64,000 nt of DNA, taken from positions 4,480,001-4,544,000 of the forward strand of contig OZ245002.1 in the NCBI GenBank assembly GCA_965223415.1, read 5' to 3'. Below, piece by piece: positions 31,157 to 44,572 of this stretch. The first letter of the stretch is position 1, and each line of letters starts with the position of its first letter. Origin of the DNA: Myxococcota bacterium (GTDB lineage Bacteria; Myxococcota_A; UBA9160; UBA6930). A model generated the notes under the pieces. That model was not told the DNA's origin. It worked only from the letters and a program-made list of their open reading frames with translations, and did not search any database. The translations under genes and the position numbers were made by a program.

Positions 31157-31860
31157 GAGAGCTCCTTCTCGAGAGCCTCCACCCGTTGGGGAAGCTCGGC
31201 GAGGGTAGCAAGGGAGGCGACGTCGATCGGATGCAGGCCGGCGGTCTTGGAGGCGACGAGGTCCTCTTCCGCCCGGTCCCCGACATAGACGCAGCGGTGA
31301 TTGGCCACGCCCAGGCGCTTCAGGCAGATGTCGAAGATCAACCGCTCCGGCTTCGCGGCGCCCGCATCGGCGGGCAGCGTCACGGCCTCGAAGAGATCGT
31401 GGACGCCGAGCTCTCGGAGGAGCGGACGCAGGCGCTGGTCGAAGTTCGACAGCACGGCGAGCAGGTAGCGGCGCTCGTGGAGGTCCTCGAGCCCCGCGCG
31501 GGCGCCCGGGGCCAGCTCCCATGCGGCCGCCGACGCGAAGTGGCGCCAGAGCGCTTCGAAGTAGGCGTCGAAGTCCTTGAAGCGCACCATCTGGTCCGCC
31601 GCGCGAAAGGTCTCCCGAACCCGCTCCCACCACCAACGCTTCTCGAGCCCGGCGGCGCGGGCCATGGGCTCTCCCGGATGCACGTTGGGAGGAGCGGCGG
31701 CGAAGACCCGATGGAAGGCCTCGTCCAGACGTCCGCCCGGCAGCTCCACGCCGTGCGCGGCGGCGATCCGGGCATAGCTGTCGCCCACCGGCTCGCGGGT
31801 GCGGATCAGGGTTTCGGCGGCGTCGAAGATCACCGCCTGGATCGGTCGCAGCACGGCCAT
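31153..31860 (-). CDS. HAD-superfamily hydrolase (REG-2/HDHD3-like)
   Basis: FDAAETL, SNFD, AKP, VGD...D. Confidence 0.85.
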   Translation of the reverse strand: MAVLRPIQAVIFDAAETLIRTREPVGDSYARIAAAHGVELPGGRLDEAFHRVFAAAPPNVHPGEPMARAAGLEKRWWWERVRETFRAADQMVRFKDFDAYFEALWRHFASAAAWELAPGARAGLEDLHERRYLLAVLSNFDQRLRPLLRELGVHDLFEAVTLPADAGAAKPERLIFDICLKRLGVANHRCVYVGDRAEEDLVASKTAGLHPIDVASLATLAELPQRVEALEKELS

Positions 31861-31870
31861 GGCCCCCCCC

Positions 31871-35547
<3,677 letters not shown>

Positions 35548-35551
<4 letters not shown>

Positions 35552-36507
35552 GGGGACGTCTCCTTGGCGCGGGCCGCGCTGGCGATGAAGGTCTCGGGGA
35601 GGTCGGCGCCCCGGGCGGCGGAGGCCTGCACCGAGACCTCGATCTGGCCCAGGCCCGCCGCGGAGAACGCGTCGCGGATCTCGTCGGGCGGGAAGCCGAG
35701 CCACTGCACGCCCAGCTCCTCCCGCATCCACTCCCGGTCGTGGCGCACGAAGTCGATCACGACCACCCAGCCGCCGGGCGCCACCACCCGCGCCATCTCG
35801 GCGAGGGCGTCGCCGGGGGAGGCCAGGTACTGGAGGACCATGTGGGCGAAGGCGGCGTCCACCTCGCCGTCGGCGAGGGGCAGCTGGGAGGCGTCGCCCT
35901 GCCGCAGCTCCACGCCGTGCAGGCCCTGCTCGTCGACCTTCGCCCGGGCGGCTTCGAGCATCGCCGGCGAGTGGTCGACGGCCACGACCTCGAGGCCGGC
36001 CTGGGCCAGCTCGAGGGCGAGCACGCCGGTGCCCGTGCCGATGTCCGCGACCCGCAGGCCCCGGGGCACGAGGCGGGTGAGGGCGCGGGCGCGCAGCAGC
36101 TCGTCGCCCCATACCTTGCGCAACGCGTCCCACTCCGGGCCGACCTCGTCGAAGAAGGAGCGGCTGCGGGCAGCGCGGGCGTCGATCACCCGGGCCACCG
36201 CCAGGGCGTCGCGCCGGGCGGCCGGGTCGTCGGCCAGGGCCCGCGCGACCAGCCCCCAGGCGTCGCGCCAAGTCGGATCCTCTGGCTCCGCGAAGCGGTA
36301 GAAGACGAAGGTGCCGTCGCGCCGATCGCCGAGCAGGCCCGCCTCCCGCAGGATGCCCAGGTGCCGGGAGACCCGGGACTGGGCCATGCCGAGCACCTCC
36401 ATCAGCTCCTGCACCGCCAGCTCCTCCCGGGCGAGCAGGCCCAGGATCCGCACACGGGTGGGATCGGACAGGGTCTTGAAGACCTTCTGGAGCTCGTCGC
36501 TGCTCAT
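35548..36507 (-). CDS. sahR: ArsR-family regulator fused to a SAM-binding methyltransferase domain (SahR-like)
   Basis: [13 protein letters not shown]...[11 protein letters not shown] plus DIGTGTG; lies directly upstream of metH. Confidence 0.85.
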
Positions 36508-36576
36508 GCTCGGGTCGCATCGGCCGGGGGAGTGCTCATGCTCGGGGTCGCATCGGCGGGAGGAGAGGGTTGCTTG

Positions 36577-36600
36577 ATCCGTCCATCAGGATAAACGGAT
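36577..36600 (-). promoter_or_regulatory. Putative SahR operator
   Basis: Minus strand ATCCGTTTATCCTGATGGACGGAT: terminal inverted repeat, two overlapping ATC-N10-GAT sites and a TATCCT -10-like hexamer. Confidence 0.5.
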
Positions 36601-36628
36601 GAGGACCGTGCCGGTACCCCCGGTCGGC

Positions 36629-37477
36629 TCAGCGGAGCTGGATCTGGGGCGCGGCGACCGTGCCCCCCACGGCGATCTCGGCGCCGCCCCCCGCGTCCAG
36701 GCGGAATCCCTGCTGCTCGAGCATGCCCCGCAGGGAGGGGTCGACGTCCCGCATGAGGACCGTGAGGTCCAGGGCACCGGGTCGGCCCGCGCCGTCGAGG
36801 GCGAGGCTGCCGGCGGCCTCGAAGGACGCCAGGGGGCCTTGCAGGCTGCCCTGGTCCAGCGCGACCTGTCCGTCCTCGCCGAGCCGGAGCTCGGCCAGGA
36901 GGGTGTCGTAAGGAAGGGCGATCGGCAGGCTCGGCAGCGCCAGGCTCCCGTCGTTGCCCTTCACCGAGACCTCCCCGACCCAGAGGTGGCCCTGGCGTCG
37001 CACGTCCGATGCGCCGGAGAGGACGCCGTCCACCGGAAGCCCGTCGGGAGCCAGGGCCTCGGGGAGCGCTGCCGTGTCGATGCCGTCGAAGCGCCCGTCG
37101 AAGCCCGCCTCGCCCACGGGCCACACGGTGCCCACCACGGAGCCGCCGGCCAGCGCCAGCTCCACGCCGAGGGCGGGCTCGCCGGCCAGCCAGGACGTCG
37201 AGAGTGCCGGCCGCACACGCAGCCGCTCGAAGGCCAGGGGGCCGCGGCCCGGCACATGGACCACCAGGCCGTGGAGCACCGCCGCCGGTCCGGTGGCCGA
37301 CCAGCTGCCCTCGAGCCTCGCCAGCTCCATGCGCGTGCCCGTGGCCTGCTCGATCCGGCCGACCAGCCAGGGCGCGAGGCGCTCCCAGGGGAACTGGGCG
37401 ACGGCGAACATCAGGGTGAGGACCAGGCAGCCGGCCGCGATCGCCAGGCGGCGCAGCCAGCCCCCGCGCGGGCTCAC
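36629..37477 (-). CDS. gspN: T2SS protein GspN
   Basis: N-terminal TM helix plus FP motif and a beta-rich body; last gene of the gsp cluster. Confidence 0.75.
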   Translation of the reverse strand: MSPRGGWLRRLAIAAGCLVLTLMFAVAQFPWERLAPWLVGRIEQATGTRMELARLEGSWSATGPAAVLHGLVVHVPGRGPLAFERLRVRPALSTSWLAGEPALGVELALAGGSVVGTVWPVGEAGFDGRFDGIDTAALPEALAPDGLPVDGVLSGASDVRRQGHLWVGEVSVKGNDGSLALPSLPIALPYDTLLAELRLGEDGQVALDQGSLQGPLASFEAAGSLALDGAGRPGALDLTVLMRDVDPSLRGMLEQQGFRLDAGGGAEIAVGGTVAAPQIQLR

Positions 37478-38028
37478 GACTCGATCGACTCGAAGGACGA
37501 GACCGTGAAGGTGACGTCCAGGAGCTCCGGCTTGTCGGCGCGGGTGCGAATGCGCAGGGTCTTGATGGAGAGCAGCTGGGCCGCCGACTCGATGCGGTGG
37601 AGGTAGTTCACGACCTGGGCGAGGGAGACGTTCTTCAGCACGACCTCGACCTTGGTCTCCTCGTAGGCATCGCTCGCCGCCGACTTGCGCGGCTCCATGG
37701 AGGCGACCTTGACGGCGCTCTCCCGCGCCAGCTCCTCCAGGGCGGTGAAGATCTCGCCGCGCGGCCCGGTGGTGATGCGGTCCCGCACCTGGCGCACCGG
37801 CGCCTCGATGCGGTCGTACTTGGCGCGCAAGGCGCGCACGGCCAGGAGCTGCTCCTCGGCCACCACGGCCCGGCGCCGGGCGTCGTCGGCCCAGCCGAGA
37901 GCCGGTGCGATCGCCAACAGGTAGAGGAGCGCCAGCGCCGCCGCGCCACCCGCGCCCCCGACCAGGAGCCGCTCCCGGCCCGAGAGCTCGCTCCAGGCGT
38001 CCTTCAACCGGTTCCACCAGGCCGTCAC
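37474..38028 (-). CDS. gspM: T2SS protein GspM
   Basis: LSGRERLL, TM helix and a ferredoxin-like C-terminus. Confidence 0.8.
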   Translation of the reverse strand: MTAWWNRLKDAWSELSGRERLLVGGAGGAAALALLYLLAIAPALGWADDARRRAVVAEEQLLAVRALRAKYDRIEAPVRQVRDRITTGPRGEIFTALEELARESAVKVASMEPRKSAASDAYEETKVEVVLKNVSLAQVVNYLHRIESAAQLLSIKTLRIRTRADKPELLDVTFTVSSFESIES

Positions 38029-39590
38029 GGGGCCGCCTCCGGGGGCGCCAGGGAGATGCGCACGCTGAAGTTCGTGCCGCCCCTGCGTGTGTCGGTGGAG
38101 GCGTCGCCTACGGTGAGCTCGCGGAACAGAGCGGATTCGGTGAGCGCCTTCTCCAGCCGGTCCACGCCGCCGTACTCCGGGAGGTGTCCCTTGATCTGGA
38201 TCACCTGGCGGTCGATCGAGAGCTCCTCGAACACCACGCCCAGGTCCGGGGGCACGCGGCGGGAGAGCTCGGTCAGGATGTCGAGGGCGGAGAGATGGCC
38301 GCCGAAGACGCCGAGGGTGTCGGCTTCCTTCTCCACCTCGCGCAGGGCGCCTTGCAGGGCGGCCACCGGGTTGGAGGGGACGGCCCCGGGAAAGGCCTGG
38401 CTGTAGAGCTGCTGGGCCTCTGCCTCGGCACGCTGGGCGCGGCGTTCCTGGAGGAAGGCGTCGGTGCCGAGGGAGGCGCAGGCCAGGAGCAGGGCCAGGC
38501 CCCCGAGCAGCGCCGTGGGGCGCATCTCGCGGCTCATCTTGCGCAGGTCGACGCGCCGGGCGAACTCGTCCTTGCGGAAGTTCATCCGCGAGACGGCCTG
38601 GGCGCTGCCGCGCAGCGCCAGGGCGATGGCCGGGCCGAAGACCACTGGGTCGCCGCCGGCGAGGAGCGACGCACCCATCTCGCCCTTCGGCAGCGGCAGC
38701 CGGACGGTCTGCACCGAGGTGCGCTCGGAGAGGAAGCGGTCGAGCTCGTGGAGCCGGGCCGAGCCGCCCATCAGCACGATCTGGGGCGGGGACGGCGCCT
38801 CGCCGCCCTGCTCGAGCATCTCCTCCACCGAGCCCAGGGTGCGCAGCATCTCCCGGGCCAGACGGTCGATCACCTCGACGGCGCCGGGGCACTCGGCACG
38901 GCCGGCGCCGCCGAAGATGCCCTGCTCGATCTTGAGGCGCTCCGCCTCCAGATCGCCCAGGCCCCGATCTTTGGCGACGGCCCGGGTGATCGCCTCGCCG
39001 CCGACGGGCAGCGTGCGCGCGGCCACCGGGTGGCCGTCCAGGCACAGGCAGAGGGTCGTCTTGCGGTGACCGAGGTCGACCAGCAGGCGCGGTCCGGGCA
39101 GCTCGAAGGCGCTGGCCAGATTGGCGAGCACCAGGCCCTCGGCCTCGACGACGCGCACCTCGACGCCGGCCTCGTGCAGCATCTCGAGCAGCAGCGTCAC
39201 CTCGCTGCGGGGCGCCAGGGTGGCCGCCACCTCCGCGCGCTCCCTGCGCTCGGCCACCACCTCCCAGTCGACCACGAACTCGTCCAGGTCGAAGGGCACC
39301 TGGGCCTCCAGCTCGAAGGGCACGGCCGGGCCGATCTTGCGCTTGTCGCGGAAGGGGAAGGTGAGGCGCCGGCTGGAGACCCGGTCGCCGGCCAGGGCCA
39401 CCACCGCGCCGGTCTCCGGCAGGTCGTGGAGCTGCAGGAACTCGCGAATCTCGACGGCGAGAGACGGCGACGGATCGTCCAGGGGCAGCGTGCGCAGCTG
39501 CACGACCTCGAGATCGCGGAGCGTCTGGCGCAGCTCCACGGCCTTGATCGCGTGGCTTCCCAGGTCGAGCCCCAGGATGCGCCTGGCCAT
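38025..39590 (-). CDS. gspL: T2SS protein GspL (PilM/PilN-like fusion)
   Basis: ILGLDLGSHAIK and DLGH actin-like motifs, NFRK, TM helix and PilN-like tail. Confidence 0.83.
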   Translation of the reverse strand: MARRILGLDLGSHAIKAVELRQTLRDLEVVQLRTLPLDDPSPSLAVEIREFLQLHDLPETGAVVALAGDRVSSRRLTFPFRDKRKIGPAVPFELEAQVPFDLDEFVVDWEVVAERRERAEVAATLAPRSEVTLLLEMLHEAGVEVRVVEAEGLVLANLASAFELPGPRLLVDLGHRKTTLCLCLDGHPVAARTLPVGGEAITRAVAKDRGLGDLEAERLKIEQGIFGGAGRAECPGAVEVIDRLAREMLRTLGSVEEMLEQGGEAPSPPQIVLMGGSARLHELDRFLSERTSVQTVRLPLPKGEMGASLLAGGDPVVFGPAIALALRGSAQAVSRMNFRKDEFARRVDLRKMSREMRPTALLGGLALLLACASLGTDAFLQERRAQRAEAEAQQLYSQAFPGAVPSNPVAALQGALREVEKEADTLGVFGGHLSALDILTELSRRVPPDLGVVFEELSIDRQVIQIKGHLPEYGGVDRLEKALTESALFRELTVGDASTDTRRGGTNFSVRISLAPPEAAP

Positions 39591-39644
39591 GGATCGTCCC
39601 CTTCCATCTTCACCTTCCGCGCGCCCGGCTCCGGCCTCTCCGCG

Positions 39645-40676
39645 TCATCGAACGTCCCAGGCGAGCCAACGGGGCTGGGCCGGCTCGCTGCGGTCCACCC
39701 ACGCCGTCACCGTGCGCTGGATGTCACCGTAGCGGGCGATGGACTCGACGCGAAAGACGTCGGTCTGGAAGGTCGCGGGGGGGAAGACCGTCCCCTCGAC
39801 CGCCTGCTCGAGGGCCGTGCAGCGGGGGTCGGTCCCCTCTTCGCACAGCAGATCGCCGTCCTCCCGCAGCTCCAGGACGTCGCGGACGGTATCGGACACC
39901 GCGAAGCGGTAGTCGTCGCTCGTGCCGTGGAAGAGGAGCGCCAGGATCCAGGGCGGGGCGGTGTTGGGGTTGATGCCGTCGGCAGACGTGAGGGGATGCA
40001 CCGACACGTAGGGGCGAAGGGCCTCCACCAGGCGCGCGTCGAAGTCCTCGACGAGCGCCAGCTCGTCCACGGAGAGGAGCGGGCGGTTCGCCGCCCGGTA
40101 CGGGGGATCCTGCAGCTGGTAGTAGTCGTCCTCGAGGCCGCCGAAGATCCGCACGTCGTCCTCGTCCAGGTAGTCGAGGAGATTTCGGGCCAGCTCCTCG
40201 GCATCGTAGCTCCTCTCTTCGGCGCCCCCCGGAATCTCCTGGATGACCCGGTCGAGGAGCTCGGTCAGGAAGGGCTCCGCCATCTCGTCGCGGACCGCGC
40301 CGTCGGCGACGAGGGCGTTCAGGTTGAGCCGCGAGCCGGCGTCCTCGATGCGCAGCCGCAGCTCGCCGCCGTCGGTCACCCGGAGCGGCGCGGCGGCGAC
40401 CCGGGCCCAGAGCTCGTCGCGGGTCTCGGCCCGCAGCTCGTTCGCGGTCTCGTCCAGGCGATCCTGGATCAGGAGTGCCATGGCCAGGCGCACGCCCCCC
40501 CGGGCCAGGGCCTCGCAGCGGGCGGCGTAGTCCCGGTTGCGGGCGACCATCCCGTCGACGGTGGCCTTGCGCAGGAAGGTCGCGATGCCGGTGACCGCCA
40601 GCAGCACGAAGAACATCACTGCCACGAGCGCCAGGCCGGCGCGCCGCCTGTCGGGAGCGTGGCTCCGCACCGTCAT
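39645..40676 (-). CDS. gspK: T2SS minor pseudopilin GspK
   Basis: G/LALVAV, DAGSRLNLN, LLDYLDED, INPNTAP. Confidence 0.9.
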   Translation of the reverse strand: MTVRSHAPDRRRAGLALVAVMFFVLLAVTGIATFLRKATVDGMVARNRDYAARCEALARGGVRLAMALLIQDRLDETANELRAETRDELWARVAAAPLRVTDGGELRLRIEDAGSRLNLNALVADGAVRDEMAEPFLTELLDRVIQEIPGGAEERSYDAEELARNLLDYLDEDDVRIFGGLEDDYYQLQDPPYRAANRPLLSVDELALVEDFDARLVEALRPYVSVHPLTSADGINPNTAPPWILALLFHGTSDDYRFAVSDTVRDVLELREDGDLLCEEGTDPRCTALEQAVEGTVFPPATFQTDVFRVESIARYGDIQRTVTAWVDRSEPAQPRWLAWDVR

Positions 40677-41635
40677 TCGCAGCCCACCACGACGCTGGCG
40701 TCGATCTCGAGGGTGTCGGCCACGTCCAGGAAGCACTCGTCGGCCACCTGGGCGAAGAGCTCCGGGAAGCCCAGCGGGTCGGCGGCCTCCGCGGCGGCGA
40801 AGACCGGCTCGTTCTGGCCGCGACACTCGGCGACCGTCACGCACTCCTCGTCGGCGTCGTCCTCCGACGCGAGCTCCTCCGGCGAGAGGTCGAGGGGTCG
40901 CACCGGCAGCACGACCCGCCGGATGCTCGGCTCGGGCTCGTCGCCAAAGCCGGGCTCCGGGGCGTCCGGACCCTGCAGGGCCAGGCGCAGCTCGACCTGC
41001 ACGGGCAGCTCCCCCGCCCGCTCCAGGCCGATGGCCGAGTCCCAGCGATCGGTCCAGCTGCCCTCCTCGTCCTGGAGCCGCACCCCGAAGGAGGCCACGT
41101 TCTCGGCCAGGACCTGGACGCCCGGGTCGCCCCGGCGCGGGAAGCGCTGGTCGAGGCTCTCCGGAAGATGGGCCTCGGACCAGCGCAGGAGCTCGAGGGC
41201 CCGGCCCTCGTCGTCCCGGGCGGTGAAGTAGGCGACCACCGCCAGGTCCGACTCGCGGCGGGTGCTCGAGCGGGGCCGGTGGGCGCGGGTCTGGAACTTC
41301 AGCCGGTCGGCGCCGTCGCCGCCGCGGCTCTCCTCGGCCAGGAAGAACCAGGGGTGGGCCAGTCGCTCCAGCTCCGCCGGCTTCTTCACGAGCACGGTCT
41401 CCTGGAGCTCCCGCGCCAGGCGATCGAGGGTCAGCGCCGCGCGCCGCTCGTTCTCCGTGAGCGCCACGGCGGCGGCGCTCTGGCGGGAGATCTGGAGGTA
41501 GAAGTTGATGGCGAGGGTCATCACGATCACGGTGAAGAGCATCACGAACATCATCTCGATGAGGGTGAAGGCCTCATCGCGGACCCGGCGGCCCCGCCCG
41601 GTGAGAGGGCTCACGCGCGGGGTGAGGGGCGTCAC
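40673..41635 (-). CDS. gspJ: T2SS minor pseudopilin GspJ
   Basis: A/FTLIEMM prepilin motif and W..RW...LP..V. Confidence 0.8.
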   Translation of the reverse strand: MTPLTPRVSPLTGRGRRVRDEAFTLIEMMFVMLFTVIVMTLAINFYLQISRQSAAAVALTENERRAALTLDRLARELQETVLVKKPAELERLAHPWFFLAEESRGGDGADRLKFQTRAHRPRSSTRRESDLAVVAYFTARDDEGRALELLRWSEAHLPESLDQRFPRRGDPGVQVLAENVASFGVRLQDEEGSWTDRWDSAIGLERAGELPVQVELRLALQGPDAPEPGFGDEPEPSIRRVVLPVRPLDLSPEELASEDDADEECVTVAECRGQNEPVFAAAEAADPLGFPELFAQVADECFLDVADTLEIDASVVVGCE

Positions 41636-42195
41636 TCGAGCTCTCCGGCGGGGTCGTCCGGGTCGACATCCGGATCGCCACCGGCCTGGGAGCTCGCGGT
41701 GGGCAGGTCCGCCGCGGCCGTCTGGGCGTCGAAGCCGAAGGTGGTGCGGCGCACCTCCTGGGTGTGGATGCCTTCCTTCCAGGTCACGGCGATCTCGATC
41801 TCGACTACCGGCGGCGTGGCGCCGAGCCCGTCGCCGGCGACCAGGCCCAGGGGAGGCCCCAGGTCCCGCCGATCGCCCAGCTCGAGGCCGAGGGTCGCCG
41901 GGTCGAGGGGGCGGGCTTCGAGCACAATGCCGAACTCCCCCTCGTCGAGGTTCTGCTGGCCGACCTGGGGAACGACGCCGCCCAGGAGCCCGGCCTCCAG
42001 GTCCGCCACGAGGCGGTCCGCCAGCAGCGAGGCGGCCAGGCGCCGGTGGGCGTCTCCCTCGAGCTGCATGCCGTCGACGGCGGCGCGGGTCAGCAGGGTC
42101 ACGACGATCCCGAGGGCGAGCACCGCCACCATCACTTCGAGCAGGGTGAAGCCCGGGTGCCGTACGTGGCCGGTTCTGCGCGCCGCCCTGCCCAT
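41632..42195 (-). CDS. gspI: T2SS minor pseudopilin GspI
   Basis: G/FTLLEVMVA prepilin motif; position in the cluster. Confidence 0.8.
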   Translation of the reverse strand: MGRAARRTGHVRHPGFTLLEVMVAVLALGIVVTLLTRAAVDGMQLEGDAHRRLAASLLADRLVADLEAGLLGGVVPQVGQQNLDEGEFGIVLEARPLDPATLGLELGDRRDLGPPLGLVAGDGLGATPPVVEIEIAVTWKEGIHTQEVRRTTFGFDAQTAAADLPTASSQAGGDPDVDPDDPAGELE

Positions 42196-42199
42196 CGCG

Positions 42200-42793
42200 T
42201 CAGCCGCCGAGCCGAGCGATGCGGATGCGATCGGCCATCGGCGAGAGCGAGAGCACGATTCGGTGGCCGGCCTCGGAGGTGAGCCAGACATCGGTGGCCT
42301 CGGAGCTGCCGTCCGCGGCGAAGGGCAGGGCCACCTGGCCCCGCTCCTCGCGGCCCGCTTCCGTCTCGATCGCTGCGAGCCAGACGCCGGCCGCGGGCGC
42401 ACGGGGGCGACCGGGCGGGCCCGGCGCCGGCAGGTAGAGGGCCTCGTCGCCGCGCGGCGCGGCCAGGGGCAGCTCCGAGAGCGCCGCCCAGCCCTCCACC
42501 GGCTCACCGGTCGCCACTTGCGGCGGGCTCAGGCTCTCCAGCCAGTAGCGCTGCGCGTCGAGGTCCACGACCACCCGCTGGGGCTGGCCGGTCATCACCG
42601 CGCGCTGGCGGCCGAACTCGAGCAGCGCCGCCAGGGATTCCGCTTCCTGGAGCGAGACGCGGCTGCCCCGCAGGCCCAGGTTCGGGATCGCCACGGCGGC
42701 GAGCAGCGCGATGAGCAGCGTCACCGCCACCAGCTCGATCAGCGTGAAGGCCCGCTCCAGGGCGCGGCGATGGCCGGAGCGGCGCGTCCTCAT
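42200..42793 (-). CDS. gspH: T2SS minor pseudopilin GspH
   Basis: A/FTLIELVAV and F..DGS. Confidence 0.8.
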   Translation of the reverse strand: MRTRRSGHRRALERAFTLIELVAVTLLIALLAAVAIPNLGLRGSRVSLQEAESLAALLEFGRQRAVMTGQPQRVVVDLDAQRYWLESLSPPQVATGEPVEGWAALSELPLAAPRGDEALYLPAPGPPGRPRAPAAGVWLAAIETEAGREERGQVALPFAADGSSEATDVWLTSEAGHRIVLSLSPMADRIRIARLGG

Positions 42794-43269
42794 CCGTTCT
42801 GGGACTCCCAGTTGCCGATGTCGGCGTTCGTGTCGCTGCCGCCGGGCTGGTTGTCCGCGCCGTAGGACCAGATGTCGTAGGTCTCCGGGTTGTGGGTCCC
42901 GGGCGCCTCGTACTGGAAGGCCTCGCCCCAGGCGTCCTTGGGCAGCGATTTGCTCGAGAGGTAGCCGCCGGGGCGGTAGTTGCGCGGCTCGGGCCCGGAG
43001 GCCGGGCGGGTCACCAGGGCCGAGAGGCCCTGCTCGCTGCTCGGGAAGCGGCCGTTGTCCATCTGGTAGAAGGCCAGGGCGCCCTCGATCTGCTTGATCT
43101 GGGTTCGGGTCGTCTCCATGCGGGCGACGTTGATGCGGTCGAACACGGCGGTTCCGACCAGGCCCATCAGCAGGGCCATGATCACGACCACCGCCATGAT
43201 CTCGATGAGCGAGAAGCCGCGCCGGCGCCGGGGGCGGGAGCGCTCGTGCGGGCGGAAGGGAGCGGGCAT
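42790..43269 (-). CDS. gspG: T2SS major pseudopilin GspG
   Basis: G/FSLIEIM, YQMDNGRFPSSEQGL, PKDAWG, YGADNQPGG..NADIGNW. Confidence 0.95.
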   Translation of the reverse strand: MPAPFRPHERSRPRRRRGFSLIEIMAVVVIMALLMGLVGTAVFDRINVARMETTRTQIKQIEGALAFYQMDNGRFPSSEQGLSALVTRPASGPEPRNYRPGGYLSSKSLPKDAWGEAFQYEAPGTHNPETYDIWSYGADNQPGGSDTNADIGNWESQNG

Positions 43270-43281
43270 GGGAAGTCTCCT

Positions 43282-44526
43282 CTACTGGATCGAGCTCGTG
43301 AGCTCGAGAAGGGGCATCAGGGTCGAGAGCATGATCACCAGCACGACACCCACCATGATGAGGATCAGGAAGGGCTCGAGCAGCGCGGTGATGCGGGTGA
43401 CCGTGTTCTCCACCTGCTCTTCGTAGGTGTCGGCGACCTTGGCCAGCATGCCCTGGAGGTCGCCGCTGCGTTCGCCCACGTCGACCATGTGGGTGACCAG
43501 CGGTGGGAAGTGGCCACTCGCGCGCAGCGGTGCCGAGATGGAGGCGCCCTCGGTGATCGAGTTGCGCGCCTGCTCCACCGCGTCGCCGATCACCGTGTTG
43601 GCGGCCACGTGGCGCGAGATGTCCAGGGAGCGCACGATCGGGATGCCGCCGGCGAGGAGTGTCGCCAGGGTGCGCGTGAAGCGGGAGATGGCGAGCTGGC
43701 GGAAGATCTTGCCCATCAGCGGGACGCGGAGCAGCAGGCCGTCCCAGACGTGGCGGCCGCGCTCGGTGGCGATGAACGCGCGCAGGCCCGCCACCCCGGC
43801 GAAGAGCGCGAGGCCCACCGCCCACCACCAGGAGCGCAGGAACTCGGACATGTCGATGACCACGCGGGTGTAGATGGGCAGCGGCCGGTCGAGGCTCTCG
43901 AGCAGCTGGGTGATCTGGGGCAGCACGATCGTCACCAGCACCACCACGACCGAGACCGCGACCATCATCATCACCGCGGGATAGAGCAGGATCGAGACGA
44001 CCTTGTTGCGGGTGCGCACCTGCCCCTCGAGGTAGTCGGCCAGGCGGTCGAGGACCGTCTCGAGGGCGCCGCCGGTCTCGCCTGCCCGCACCATGCTCAC
44101 GTAGAGGTTGTTGAAGGGGCCGGCGGAGGCGAGGGCGTCCGCCAGGGTGGCGCCTTCGTTCACCCGATCGCGCACGATGCCGAGCAGGCTCTTCAGCCGG
44201 GCGTTCTCCACCTGCTCGGTGAGGGCGCCCAGGGATTCGACCAGCGGGATGCCGGCGCCGAGCAGGGTCGCGAGCTGGCGGGTGGCGATGGCGAGATCGG
44301 TTCCCGAGACACGGCGGAAGCTGGCATTCGCCCACAGGGCCGAGGCCGTGGGCCGCTCTCCACTGCCGGCCGCGGCCTTGGGGGCCGCGGCGCTCTCGGT
44401 GAGCTCCGTCAGGAAGACGCCGTCGCGCCGCAGCTTCTGGCGGGCGGTCCGGTCGCTGTCCGCGTCGACGAAGCCCTTCGTCGCGCGGCCGCCGTCGGTG
44501 ACGCCCTTGTACGCATAGACCGGCAC
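43282..44526 (-). CDS. gspF: T2SS inner-membrane platform GspF
   Basis: TRQLATLLGAGIPL, GETGGALE, YP, GERSG, LEP. Confidence 0.95.
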   Translation of the reverse strand: MPVYAYKGVTDGGRATKGFVDADSDRTARQKLRRDGVFLTELTESAAAPKAAAGSGERPTASALWANASFRRVSGTDLAIATRQLATLLGAGIPLVESLGALTEQVENARLKSLLGIVRDRVNEGATLADALASAGPFNNLYVSMVRAGETGGALETVLDRLADYLEGQVRTRNKVVSILLYPAVMMMVAVSVVVVLVTIVLPQITQLLESLDRPLPIYTRVVIDMSEFLRSWWWAVGLALFAGVAGLRAFIATERGRHVWDGLLLRVPLMGKIFRQLAISRFTRTLATLLAGGIPIVRSLDISRHVAANTVIGDAVEQARNSITEGASISAPLRASGHFPPLVTHMVDVGERSGDLQGMLAKVADTYEEQVENTVTRITALLEPFLILIMVGVVLVIMLSTLMPLLELTSSIQ

Positions 44527-44572
44527 GCCGCTGGCCTCCCACTGGCTGGAGGGGGTGGTGTTGGAGGCGGCC

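Noticed and set aside
39610..39648. Mini-ORF MTRRGRSRARGR* after gspK as another relay
   Set aside because: Its stop-overlapping GTG is out of frame with gspL, which has its own SD, and there is no duplication; probably chance.
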